The notes under the pieces are model-generated. The model saw only the letters and a list, made by a program, of their open reading frames with translations, had not been told where the DNA came from and ran no database searches. Shown here one piece after another: positions 49,652 to 59,422 of a stretch of DNA of 64,000 nucleotides; within the stretch, counting starts at the first letter, position 1, and every line of letters starts with the position of its first letter. A program made the translations under genes and the position numbers. Location of the stretch: sequence record NC_048668.1. One strand, given 5' to 3'.

Positions 49652-50491
49652 ATGGCAAACGCGAATTACTACAATAAGCCCACTAACCGATTAGTCTTTG
49701 ACTTGATCAAAGAAGCTAACCCGGAAGCGGACTTCTCAGAAGATCAAGTAAGGTTAACGAACTTTACCCAGAACACCAATGGCGACCCGTTACGTAACAC
49801 CGCAGGTATTCTGAAAGCAATCCCTGGCATGGGCCGTGAAGGTCAAGAGAACCTGACCTGGAACCGTCCTGCACTGAACGAGATCTTTAAAGAGATCAGC
49901 GTTTACTGTTCTCCTAACGGTAAGTTCAAGAAATCTGACTTACTGAAAGAAATCAACAGTAACTATAACTTCCAGCTGGACGCCGGTGATATTTACGACG
50001 GTGTACTGAACCTGTCAACTCTACCGACCAAAACGGTTATCGTGGTACGTCCTACCTGTCCTGCTTTTACTGGTCAGTTAGAGATTACCATTGGTGATCC
50101 TAAGATCGCTCTGGAGACGGTTATTCGTAACCCTGACCTGGATGGCCTGGCTTACCCTACCAACCAGTCTGAGAAGATCCAAGGTCCCCTGTACATGTAT
50201 GCCAATGACTACACGTACGATGCCACTGGTCTTCAGCAGTTTGGTTACGGCGATCCTATCCAAGGCGAACTCCTGGAAAGCCTCAACCGTAAATCGCCAG
50301 ACACCTGGGTACTGAAACCTACCCCTGCTCCGTGGAACGCTAACGGTGCTGACGTATGGTACAATGGCCCGACTGCTCAGGCTCCGGTATACGTGAACAC
50401 TTCGTACCAGCGTTGCTTGGTTATCCACCTGGATAAAGAGTATTGCTCTAACGTTGCCGGTCACTTGATCCTGCATTACAACATGCCATAA
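49652..50491 (+). CDS. Virion structural protein (279 aa), beta-rich N-domain plus NPDLDGLAYP linker
   Basis: GGAG RBS; two domains separated by the shared motif; TATG at 49609 upstream. Confidence 0.7.
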   Translation: MANANYYNKPTNRLVFDLIKEANPEADFSEDQVRLTNFTQNTNGDPLRNTAGILKAIPGMGREGQENLTWNRPALNEIFKEISVYCSPNGKFKKSDLLKEINSNYNFQLDAGDIYDGVLNLSTLPTKTVIVVRPTCPAFTGQLEITIGDPKIALETVIRNPDLDGLAYPTNQSEKIQGPLYMYANDYTYDATGLQQFGYGDPIQGELLESLNRKSPDTWVLKPTPAPWNANGADVWYNGPTAQAPVYVNTSYQRCLVIHLDKEYCSNVAGHLILHYNMP

Positions 50492-50494
50492 TAG

Positions 50495-50530
50495 AAGCCT
50501 GCTGCAAAATGCAGCAGGCCTTATGCTTTA
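50495..50530 (+). terminator. Hairpin terminator
   Basis: GCCTGCTGCA-AAA-TGCAGCAGGC then CTTATGCTTT. Confidence 0.65.
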
Positions 50531-50626
50531 TTGTTCGCTTAGTATGGAAGGCATGTTCTTCTTTAGAACGTTTTGCCACCATCCATTTCCCTGGATGTTT
50601 TAAAAACCTGTTTAAGGATTTATCCG

Positions 50627-51160
50627 ATGGCACGTATCGCGTTTAACCCGGCAAACTCTGCCGATGATGAATTCACTCGTCTCCTGGTAAATGGTACTAC
50701 CATCCCAGAGCTGAAAGCAGTTAAGCTGACCACTGATTACACTGTAACCACCCCTGCCGCCGCTAACACCGGTGAGAAAGATGGTAACACCGTTATCGGC
50801 CTGACCCCTGCGGCTGGCAGTAAACTGCTGAAAGGCGACGCACGTGAGTTCTACTACGATCGTCTGAGCATCGCTTCTGAACTGACCCGTAAAGCAGTTA
50901 ACCTGAAGTCTGCTGACGCACTGACCCCGGCTAACCGTGACGCGTTCGCCCTGACCTGCGTAAAAGCAGTTTGGGACAAATTCGTTGCTGCTGACGTCGT
51001 GTTCAAAGAAGACAAAACTGAAGGCGAAGTTGTAGCGTACGTCTACACTATCAAAGCCGACAACAAAGTCTTCAACGGCGAATTCACTATCACTTCCGGC
51101 GACCAGACTCTCCAGTCCTTCAGCGAGAACCTGGGCGGCTTTGACGCACCGGCTGCGTAA
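50627..51160 (+). CDS. Highly expressed small virion protein (177 aa), candidate decoration/fibre subunit
   Basis: AAGGA RBS before ATG 50627; MCP-like codon bias; own terminator; ends TLQSFSENLGGFDAPAA. Confidence 0.7.
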   Translation: MARIAFNPANSADDEFTRLLVNGTTIPELKAVKLTTDYTVTTPAAANTGEKDGNTVIGLTPAAGSKLLKGDAREFYYDRLSIASELTRKAVNLKSADALTPANRDAFALTCVKAVWDKFVAADVVFKEDKTEGEVVAYVYTIKADNKVFNGEFTITSGDQTLQSFSENLGGFDAPAA

Positions 51161-51170
51161 TAGTTGACCG

Positions 51171-51207
51171 AAGAGTCGGAGGGATGACCTCCGACTCTTA
51201 TTTTATG
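51171..51207 (+). terminator. Intrinsic terminator
   Basis: AAGAGTCGGAGG-GATGA-CCTCCGACTCTT then ATTTT, followed by TATG. Confidence 0.8.
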
Positions 51208-51262
51208 TCACCTTCCCCTCATTTAGCTTTCCACTAGAGAGCTATCGCTTTAAGGATTTAAA

Positions 51263-52202
51263 ATGAGCGCAAGTACTAATACCAACTTGATTACGCGCAC
51301 TGTTCTTAGTGGGATGCTGCAAACGTGTTTGCTGGCAGGTATCCCGTTAACAGTTCTGGATTATACGACGCTCAATCAGCGTCTGGGTATTAACGAAGAT
51401 GCTAAGTTGGCATCTAACGAAATGCCTACCTTCGGTTACTGGTGCATCGGTGACAAAGGTCACTGGGTTGTCCCTACTTCCGATGGCGAAGTTATTATCG
51501 AACCAGCTGAACATACCGCCGGTGACTTCGCCCCGTTCAACATGATTCCGTTTGTCATGCGTGAAGAGTCTAACGACCTGTCTGTAGAAGAGCGTAAGAA
51601 GTACGGCCTTCGTAAATCAGAGAACCGCAACGGGATCAACTATTTCTCTTACTACGCCAAGGCCATCGACCTGACTGGTAAGAAGCCGCGTATGGAACGT
51701 ACTACCGTGAAAGACGGCGTTGCGACCACTACCGAATACACGCCGAACAACTCCAACCTGTATCCTGAGCGTAAAACTCTGACGACCAACGAAGCCGTCA
51801 CTACCAACTCCGATACTCTGACCGTTTCGTTGACTACTGATTGTACTGTTCGACGACAACGACGTTAAAGAGCTGAACAACGTATCTCGCATCCTGTACG
51901 GTAACGAGAAGCGTGCAATCATCTCTGAGATCGCATTGGTATCAGCATTCAAACGTGTTGTACAGGCTCCCGGTCCTGGCGGCGGTGCTATCTCTATCAC
52001 CGAAGCGATCTGTGCCCAGGTACTGACCTTCTTGTCTACTTATCGTCAGATGTCCTTCGACAACCGCGGTTTCGTTATTACTCTGGAAATGGGTGCTAAC
52101 GAACCGATGATGACATCCGACGCGGTAGGTACCAGCTCAGGTCGAGACGCCGTTCAAAACGCACGTCAGTTGTTCTCTGCGAATATCGCACCACGCGCTT
52201 AA
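51263..52202 (+). CDS. Conserved virion structural protein (phiKZ gp139-like), about 312 aa, split by a probable extra T at 51841-51842
   Basis: YTTLNQRLGI, FGYWCIGDKGH, PFVMRE.SNDL, YFSYYAKAID; removing one T gives LTTDVLFDDNDVKEL...RAIISEIALVS. Confidence 0.65.
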
Positions 52203-52218
52203 AACGAAGGAGCGGTAA

Positions 52219-53367
52219 ATGAGTACTATCTTTGGCCACGATACCATCAAGGCTGAAGTTATCGATTTAATCAATAAGAAGAATGCTCAGTTTGGTGCAG
52301 ACTTTACCGAGGACAACCTCGAAGTCACGTGGCTCAGCTACGATGCATTAGACCGTCGTCAAACGATGATGACGAAAGATCTTTCTGGTCGATACTTTGG
52401 TTTACGTGATATCCGCTTCTTCAAACGCGATTACGATCTCCTCTTTAAAGGGATCGACGTAAAGATCCAGGTAGGTTCAGGCTACAACAACCGCGCGGTG
52501 CTCAAAGAGCTTTCTCGTGCATACGGGTTACCTCCATTCGAAGATTACGACTTTGCTCCAGGTCTACTGGACATGTCTATCGAAGTAGGTGACCACGAGC
52601 AATTGATCGAATGGCCATTTGCTGACTCCAGCTGGGGTTGGACAGGGACTTGTCGATTCAAGCTCCGTAACATGAAGACCTCGCTGGAAACGCTTATTCC
52701 AGACGGTACATTGGATCGATTCCATCCAGAAGAGCTGAAAGGCGTCTTCTACGAATTGGTCAACGGTACGTTGAGTGGATTGGATTACCCAGAATACTTC
52801 GACCTTGGTAAGATCATTACGATCACCGATCTCGAAGGTTTGGAATACCCAGACGATATCGACTTGGGTGTTATTATCCATACCACAGATCTGGAAGGTC
52901 TGGAATATCCGCCGATGACTGACATCAGCAAGTTCCAAACTAGCGATCTCCAGGGCTTGGAATACCCTCCTGCTTACGACTTGACTAAACTCAATGTCTT
53001 TGCATTGGCCGGTCTGGATTATCCAAGTGGTACTGGCGCAGGTCAAACTTCTGCGTACAGCACGACCTACCCGCTGGACTTCTCTGATTACCAACGTGCA
53101 ATCCGTACTTATCGTTTAGGCGATACGATCACGGACGTTAACTTGGTGAACGTCATTGTTAGCATGATCCAGTCTAACTGGACTAAGCTGCAGGGTGAGA
53201 CTAACAAGTCTAACCTCTTTAACTCCTTCTTGAATGCGACCATCCAGAGCATTGAACAGAAACGTTCGATCCATGGTTGGACTATTTCGGTCGGCGTTAA
53301 GTTGAGTTCTCAACGCGTACTTCGCGGCAATGCCGTGCTGCGTTACGACATCCAATCTGAATATTAA
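52219..53367 (+). CDS. Virion structural protein (382 aa) with five L-x-G-L-[DE]-Y-P repeats
   Basis: AAGGAG RBS; repeats at about 19-20 aa spacing. Confidence 0.75.
   Translation: MSTIFGHDTIKAEVIDLINKKNAQFGADFTEDNLEVTWLSYDALDRRQTMMTKDLSGRYFGLRDIRFFKRDYDLLFKGIDVKIQVGSGYNNRAVLKELSRAYGLPPFEDYDFAPGLLDMSIEVGDHEQLIEWPFADSSWGWTGTCRFKLRNMKTSLETLIPDGTLDRFHPEELKGVFYELVNGTLSGLDYPEYFDLGKIITITDLEGLEYPDDIDLGVIIHTTDLEGLEYPPMTDISKFQTSDLQGLEYPPAYDLTKLNVFALAGLDYPSGTGAGQTSAYSTTYPLDFSDYQRAIRTYRLGDTITDVNLVNVIVSMIQSNWTKLQGETNKSNLFNSFLNATIQSIEQKRSIHGWTISVGVKLSSQRVLRGNAVLRYDIQSEY
52760..53030 (+). repeat. Five tandem about 19-20 aa repeats ending L-x-G-L-[DE]-Y-P
   Basis: TLSGLDYP, DLEGLEYP, DLEGLEYP, DLQGLEYP, ALAGLDYP. 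Confidence 0.85.
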
Positions 53368-53380
53368 TGACGATAATTAA

Positions 53381-53411
53381 AAGTAGGGGCTTCGGCCTCT
53401 ACTTTTTTATG
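53381..53411 (+). terminator. Intrinsic terminator
   Basis: AAGTAGGGGC-TTCG-GCCTCTACTT then TTTT, followed by TATG. Confidence 0.85.
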
Positions 53412-53449
53412 CTTACTTATTTTTTATATTAAATCTTCCAGAGGGTCAT

Positions 53450-54094
53450 ATGGGTGATACAAAATTCAGGGTTATCGGCATCGACCCAGGGAGCCGTTGT
53501 TTCGGTTTGTCAGTAATTGAATACGACTTAATCAACATGACCGAAACGCTGGTTTACGCAACTACTTTCAAACCAGACCCTATTCTTCATGAACGTCATC
53601 CGTACATGATCCTCGGGGAGCGCGGCGCACGTCACCGTCTTTGCGAAGACTTTGTCGTAGAGTCTCTCAATACGTTCAAACCGCATCTCGTCGTCTGCGA
53701 ATCTGCCTTCCTTAAATTCAAAGCGGTTAACGCTTACCGTTCACTGATCGAAGGTATTGTCACCATTCGCCGTGCTTTACAACGTTACGACGACACGATG
53801 CATTTACTTACCGTTGAACCAAGTGCTGCTAAGAAAGCAGTAGGTGCACGTAACTCGGATAGTCCGGATAAAAAGTTGATCGTTCGCCTGGCAATAGAGC
53901 GAATGAAAACCATGATCAAGAATGTTGCTATTTCTGATCTGGATGAGCACGCCGTCGATGCGGTTGCAATTGGTCACTGGGCTATGGATAAATGGCTTAG
54001 TGAAATGAAATGTATTATTGAAGGAGTGGATGCATGTTCTTCGTCTTCGAAGGAATGGATGGGGCAGGAAAAACGACTTGTCGGGATGGTGTAG
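53450..54094 (+). CDS. ruvC: RuvC-like Holliday junction resolvase
   Basis: VIGIDPG, VVCESAF, VEPSAAKKAVG and DEHAVDAVAIG catalytic motifs. Confidence 0.85.
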   Translation: MGDTKFRVIGIDPGSRCFGLSVIEYDLINMTETLVYATTFKPDPILHERHPYMILGERGARHRLCEDFVVESLNTFKPHLVVCESAFLKFKAVNAYRSLIEGIVTIRRALQRYDDTMHLLTVEPSAAKKAVGARNSDSPDKKLIVRLAIERMKTMIKNVAISDLDEHAVDAVAIGHWAMDKWLSEMKCIIEGVDACSSSSKEWMGQEKRLVGMV

Positions 54095-54684
54095 CTAAAC
54101 GTCTCAGGGAAATGGGTTACGATGTAGTAGTTTGTCGTGAACCGGGCGGTACCCTCATTGGTGAGCAGATTCGAGACTTACTGCTCTTTGATGAATCTAA
54201 ATACTATCAGAAACTCTCTGAATCGTCCCGTGTGCTGTTATTTAATGCTAGCCGTAGCGAACACCTGGAGCATGTGATTAAACCTTCTGTAGAGGCTGGT
54301 AAGATCGTTCTCGTCGATCGATGGGTTTATTCTACAATCGCTTACACGGAAAACGAATCAAATCGTTGGGCAGCAGCTAATATTCACAACGAAGTTATTG
54401 GCGATTACGAATGCGATCCAGATCATGTCTTCTTCTTGGATATCGATAAAGAGTCAGCTAAAGAACGTCTTATGGAATGTAATGACGGTAAGTTGGACGA
54501 TATCGAGAAACGTATCCTGGAAGACTTTGACACTCATCGTGAACGTTACGAATGGGCTTTCAAATGCCTTCCCGTTGACCACTCCGTATTAGATGGCACT
54601 GATACTATCGAGAATCTGCAGGATATTGTGTTAACCAAAATATTGCAGGTAATCGAAAATGAAGCTGGGCGAACTCCTCGATAG
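54034..54684 (+). CDS. tmk: Thymidylate kinase
   Basis: FEGMDGAGKTT P-loop, REPGGT, VDRWVYSTIAY; AAGGAG RBS. Confidence 0.9.
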   Translation: MFFVFEGMDGAGKTTCRDGVAKRLREMGYDVVVCREPGGTLIGEQIRDLLLFDESKYYQKLSESSRVLLFNASRSEHLEHVIKPSVEAGKIVLVDRWVYSTIAYTENESNRWAAANIHNEVIGDYECDPDHVFFLDIDKESAKERLMECNDGKLDDIEKRILEDFDTHRERYEWAFKCLPVDHSVLDGTDTIENLQDIVLTKILQVIENEAGRTPR

Positions 54685-55234
54685 TAGTTATGGCTCGATC
54701 GGTATTGGTTATTTGGTTACGACGGACGGCAAAGCTCTCGATAAACTCTTGGGTAAAGCATTGAACCTCACGGACTACCATGGTCCGATGACGGCAGATG
54801 CCCTCAAGAGAAAACTGGACACTGTCGACGAAACTATCCGCAACCAGATCCGTGACATTGAGATCAGTGACACGAAGATCAACAATGCGGGTGGCGTGAA
54901 GAAAGAGATACGTGACCTGACCGAACCAAGCCCTGGTGAAAGAATGGCACGTAACTGGATGGGTGTACTGATGTGTCTGGTTATGGCTGGTTGCAACATC
55001 GCAATCACAGCCGCAACGGTTATCGTCTCTATCGCTCGGAAAGAATTCCCCAGCACCATGTTGGTCGCTACGGTGATTATTCCTACCATGTGTATCGCTT
55101 GGTACTACATGGGCATCATCAACAAGGAACGACGAGATATCCTTTCTGCTGTATTCGGGGATAACCTGAAGAACGGTACGATTGGTGAAATAGTCAGCGT
55201 TGTACGTAACCGAAACAAAACTGATCAATCATAG
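54659..55234 (+). CDS. Membrane protein with two predicted TM helices; holin candidate
   Basis: WMGVLMCLVMAGCNIAITAATVIVSIA and MLVATVIIPTMCIAWYYMGII; next to the spanin genes. Confidence 0.5.
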   Translation: MKLGELLDSSYGSIGIGYLVTTDGKALDKLLGKALNLTDYHGPMTADALKRKLDTVDETIRNQIRDIEISDTKINNAGGVKKEIRDLTEPSPGERMARNWMGVLMCLVMAGCNIAITAATVIVSIARKEFPSTMLVATVIIPTMCIAWYYMGIINKERRDILSAVFGDNLKNGTIGEIVSVVRNRNKTDQS

Positions 55235-55266
55235 AGGAAAGGGGCGTTTGCCCCTTTCCTTATTTT
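55230..55266. terminator. Bidirectional terminator hairpin
   Basis: AGGAAAGGGGC-GTTT-GCCCCTTTCCT between convergent genes. Confidence 0.8.
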
Positions 55267-55868
55267 GCATCGTGGGTTTTCTTTGCCTGATCTAAAGCTT
55301 CGCGAACGTATTGCTGATACTTCTCAAACGCTCCTTTATACTGCACCAGAGCTTCTTGAGCTGCACCTAGATACACGGCGCATTGATCTGCTCGATAGGC
55401 TTCCCCTTTAAGAAATTGCACAGACGATTCTGGAAGTTTGGCGTAATAGGTTCCATTACTTCCGGCTGGACTTCTGGTAACTTGACTTCCTTTACCTTTA
55501 TCTCCAGCGTTTCCGTCGGCGCCTTTGGTGGCGTCAACGCGCAACCAGACATCGCCAATACTGTCAAGCTGAGTGCGCTGCTTATCAATATTCGTTTTAG
55601 CATCATTAAGGCCTTTATTGAGTTTATCGAAACCGTCATCCATTGACTTACTAAGACCATTCAGTTTATCGTCCAAACCGGCTTGAAGGCCTTTCTGCAA
55701 TTCAGAGAGCATTGAGTTACGTGCATCAGTGAGTCGCTTCTCTACTTGTGCGTTGATGTATTGATTAACCTTAACTACAATGTAGGTAGAGGCAATCGCA
55801 ATCAACGCAATGTAAATGTAGAGTTTATACTGGCCAAGGAATGCGGAGATCAACCCTTTAGGATTCAT
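55260..55868 (-). CDS. i-spanin (Rz-like)
   Basis: Single N-terminal TM (YIYIALIAIASTYIVV), long periplasmic coiled coil, C-terminal Cys (ADQCA). Confidence 0.7.
   Translation of the reverse strand: MNPKGLISAFLGQYKLYIYIALIAIASTYIVVKVNQYINAQVEKRLTDARNSMLSELQKGLQAGLDDKLNGLSKSMDDGFDKLNKGLNDAKTNIDKQRTQLDSIGDVWLRVDATKGADGNAGDKGKGSQVTRSPAGSNGTYYAKLPESSVQFLKGEAYRADQCAVYLGAAQEALVQYKGAFEKYQQYVREALDQAKKTHDAK
55367..55606 (-). CDS. o-spanin (Rz1-like lipoprotein) fully embedded in the i-spanin gene in another frame
   Basis: MMLKRILISSALSLTVLAMSG-C lipobox; Pro-rich mature region; two further Cys. Confidence 0.75.
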   Translation of the reverse strand: MMLKRILISSALSLTVLAMSGCALTPPKAPTETLEIKVKEVKLPEVQPEVMEPITPNFQNRLCNFLKGKPIEQINAPCI

Positions 55869-57115
55869 AGCACGCTCACTCGTTTAATAAGTAAGAAACC
55901 AGCCCGAGAACGCCACGCACGTTTATAGCCATAACGCTGGTCACGGATAACCGTAGCATCGGTGACAGAAGTACTGTGACGGATATAGTTGTAGTAGTCG
56001 TGACGAGGGACACCGATCGCCCAGAAGCCATCGCGTTCTTCTACGTTGTACTCAACCAAGAAACCGCTGCCCAATTGAAGCGGTAGGTCAGGTAACTCTT
56101 GACCAGGTGTCAAGTACATACCTGGCAATTCGGTTTCCTTAATCTTCAAGTTCTCAACCGTGATGTTATTGGTTTGGATAATGAAGAGGAATGACTGAGA
56201 CAATTTCAGGAATGCTTTAATTGAATCGTCAGAGGTGAATTGACTGGTGACGAATTGATCTGGTGAGTTTGCATCTTTAGACAGAGGAATCGAACTCAAA
56301 TCCAATGTACCATAAGTCGTATAGAAGATGTCAGGGAAATCCAACAACTGCGTGTTGAACTTAACGCGACGATCGCCTACGATTGACAGAGTGCCGTTCA
56401 ACAGATGCATTTGACCTGCTACAACGATACCTACCGTCTTACCGATGAGGTCTTCCGGAGTATCAATAAAGAAGCCACGGGACAGAGGTAAATCTTTACC
56501 GCCACCTCGGATCATTTCATCCGTGATGTTGTATGTCTTAATTTCGGCAATACTACTGAAGTCAAGGATACCCACTCGGTTGTCGTTGTACTTCGCTGCT
56601 GCCGCGCCTGCCCCTAATAAGGCAATGCCGCCAGTAGGTAAAGTATCTGCCCGGAAAATCAAACCGTTAGTTGTAAACAAGGCGTTACGGACGATTCTTT
56701 CATAGTCGTCAATACCATCTTTTTTAAGCATGATATCGACACGCTGGTCGGGAAGAAGGTTTTCGCTTTCAGCAAAGCTAAAGTTAATGCCAGTGGTTTT
56801 CATTTCAAAGGCATTAGCAAACATAGCTCTGACGTAGTGCTCACCTTTCATCCCCGTAGGATCATCTTCGTAGAGATTCAGCGGGGAAGTGATTTCCAAC
56901 CAACGTTCTATTTCAGCCGGTGAAGTTCTTAATTGAATGGGAAGCTGGTACAAGTCCAACCAACCTGTAATATTTTTATCGGTGTCGAACAACTGTACCA
57001 TGCAAAGGTGATACAGTTGGAAAATGTCATTCAAACGCATCCCTTTTAGGTTAACGTTCTGCCAGTCACCGTAATTCCCCTTAGGGATAGCTTGCGCGGT
57101 CACTATCTGGTACAT
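55865..57115 (-). CDS. Conserved virion structural protein (416 aa)
   Basis: AGGAG RBS; LFTTNGLIF and GKTVGIVVAGQMH motifs; divergent from the tail fibre genes. Confidence 0.7.
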   Translation of the reverse strand: MYQIVTAQAIPKGNYGDWQNVNLKGMRLNDIFQLYHLCMVQLFDTDKNITGWLDLYQLPIQLRTSPAEIERWLEITSPLNLYEDDPTGMKGEHYVRAMFANAFEMKTTGINFSFAESENLLPDQRVDIMLKKDGIDDYERIVRNALFTTNGLIFRADTLPTGGIALLGAGAAAAKYNDNRVGILDFSSIAEIKTYNITDEMIRGGGKDLPLSRGFFIDTPEDLIGKTVGIVVAGQMHLLNGTLSIVGDRRVKFNTQLLDFPDIFYTTYGTLDLSSIPLSKDANSPDQFVTSQFTSDDSIKAFLKLSQSFLFIIQTNNITVENLKIKETELPGMYLTPGQELPDLPLQLGSGFLVEYNVEERDGFWAIGVPRHDYYNYIRHSTSVTDATVIRDQRYGYKRAWRSRAGFLLIKRVSVL

Positions 57116-57181
57116 ACTTTCTCCTGTTTAGGCGACGCATTTGTATGTTACCCATCGGCCGATGGATGAACTGAGGCTAAT

Positions 57182-59411
57182 ATGAACAATACTAAGTATC
57201 AGTACGACTTTGATCCATACGGGACAAATCCCGAGAACAAGATCGTATCAGAACCACATACCATTACTGCCGTTAATGGTACAGATTTTAACTTTGTCGT
57301 CCCACGCTTTGCTCCTTTTTTCCGAAGAGACATCGTTGTTCGTAACTCCTCTACCGGTGCAAGATTGCGTCCTAACGTAGACTACTATTTCGGTTTCCGT
57401 TTCGACCAGATCCTGGTAAGTGGCAGTATGCAACCAGTCTATGGTGCGATCGTATTTAACGACCGTACTTTGTCGGGTAATATCGAGATCGATTACCAGA
57501 CTCTCGGTGGTGAATTCGTTCTGAGTGAGTCTCAAGTTCTTGAGATCCTCGCTAACAAACTGATCGACCCACGCACGGTCACTTGGGGGTCTATCGTAGA
57601 CTTGCCAACTGAGTTCCCGCCGATCCCTCACCGAGTTAACGCTGAAGACATGGTAGGGATGTCAGAGGTTGTTGCTTCTAACTACAACATTGCAGATGCT
57701 ATCCGTGAAGGTAACGTCAAAGCGATGGAAGCGTTGATGGAGCACATCCAGGACCACAACAACCCGCACCACATTACCCTGGCAGATCTGGGTATTGACC
57801 AGCTGGGTAACCTGGTACCTGCATCTAAAGAGCAAGCGGAAGGTGGTACAGATAATACCCTACTACATGACTGCTCTCCGTACGAAGCAGTTTACTAACG
57901 CGAACGTTATCCCGGTTATCGATGCCCACAAAGCAGATGACAGTAACCCGCATAACGTAACAGCGGCTCAGGTTGGCTTGGGTCTGGTTAACAACTGGCG
58001 CGCTGCCAACCAAAACGAAGCAGCTGCTGGCGTAGCCGATAACCTTTACATGGTACCGAGTACAACCACTACGTTGGTACAGACTCTGGTTCCAGTTCTG
58101 ATGCGTTCGCACACCGATCGCCAGGACAACCCGCACCAGGTAACTGCAACCCAGGTTGGTTTGGGTAACGTACCTAACTTCCCAATGGCTACAGAAGAGC
58201 AAGCAATTGGTGGCGTGAACCGTAATACGTTCATGTCTCCGTACTTGGTCAACCTGGCACTGAAGAACGGCTCTGAACAACCACTGATCGAGCACATCAA
58301 CAACCACAACAACCCTCACGAAGTTACAGCCGCTCAAGTAGGTCTGGACTTGGTGAACAACTACGCTATGGCTAACGCATCTGATGCAAACGCCATGACT
58401 CGTTCTGACCTGTATCTGTCTCCTCAGAACCTGGGTAGTTGGTGGAGTGCTGTTGCTCGTGTATATATCGACCAGCAGATTGCCAATGGTCTGAACATGA
58501 CCAAAGACGACGTGGGTCTGGGTCTGGTAGTTAACGCCGGTTTCGCAACCGACGCCGAAGCTATCGATCCGAGTAAAACTCAGGTCTACATGGATCCTAA
58601 GGGAACTAACCTGGCAATCCTTAATAAAGATCTGGTGAAAGCTTACAGTATCCAACCGGCTTACATGGATACGTTGGCAAAAGGTTTCCCTGCGACGATG
58701 TTTGTTGCGACGATGCCTAACCTGTCGAGTGGTTTGAACAACACTTGGACAAGTACGTTGCGCACCATCAAGTCACCGTTTAACCGTGACTCAGCTGTCA
58801 GTGTTATTTTGTCTCCTTCTCCGGCGACTTATTATCAGCGTGCTTTCGTTGATGCAAGTAGCACCGGGATTCAACCAGGTTTCATCTTCGGTTATCAAGG
58901 AACAGATACCGACCCAGTGAAATACGCTGCGATCTTCTTTAAGAACAAAGCATGTTACCTGGGTACGTACGAAAACCAAAACTGGACTTACGGCCCAGAC
59001 GTAGCCTTGGCTTCTCTGACCGGTACTTCGGTTCAAGTAACGTGTACAGTTTCAGGTAAGAATATTGCCGTGACCGTAGGTACAACCACCGTCAACGTCG
59101 ATATCTCTGCGCTGGTCTTCAATGCGACCAACTATACGTGGCGTGCAGGTTACGTGAACGTAGGTAGTGCACCGACGGAGTTTACTCCTGTCTCCATGCC
59201 TGCCTTTACTGGGAAAATCGTTGATGTTATCGATTACCTGGATTACACGTTCAGTAACAACACCTGGACAGTAGTGGCTACTAACGATTCGCAAACGATC
59301 AGTAATGATCTGACCGCCGGTCGTCGTTGCTACAACTACGCTACCGGGGAGTGCTTCGCGGTGACTGCACCAGAAGAGTACTTCGCCATCACGCAACCTG
59401 TCTCTGTTTAA
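57182..59411 (+). CDS. Tail fibre protein (phiKZ gp145/146-family N-terminus), about 742 aa, split by a probable extra C at 57858-57860
   Basis: YDFDPYGTNPENKI.SE.H N-terminus; four H-x5-NPH-x-VT-x2-QVGL repeats plus one degenerate; beta-rich C-terminus; removing one C gives GGTDNTYYMTALRT. Confidence 0.75.
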
Positions 59412-59422
59412 CGAGGTAAACA

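Noticed and set aside
52760-53030. Roughly 60-nt periodic DNA repeats as a CRISPR array or DGR template
   Set aside because: Similarity is at protein level with synonymous divergence, inside an ORF; no cas or RT genes are present.
54034-54094. 61-nt ruvC/tmk overlap as a recoding signal
   Set aside because: tmk has its own AAGGAG RBS and ATG; the RuvC tail after the last catalytic motif looks like dispensable run-on.
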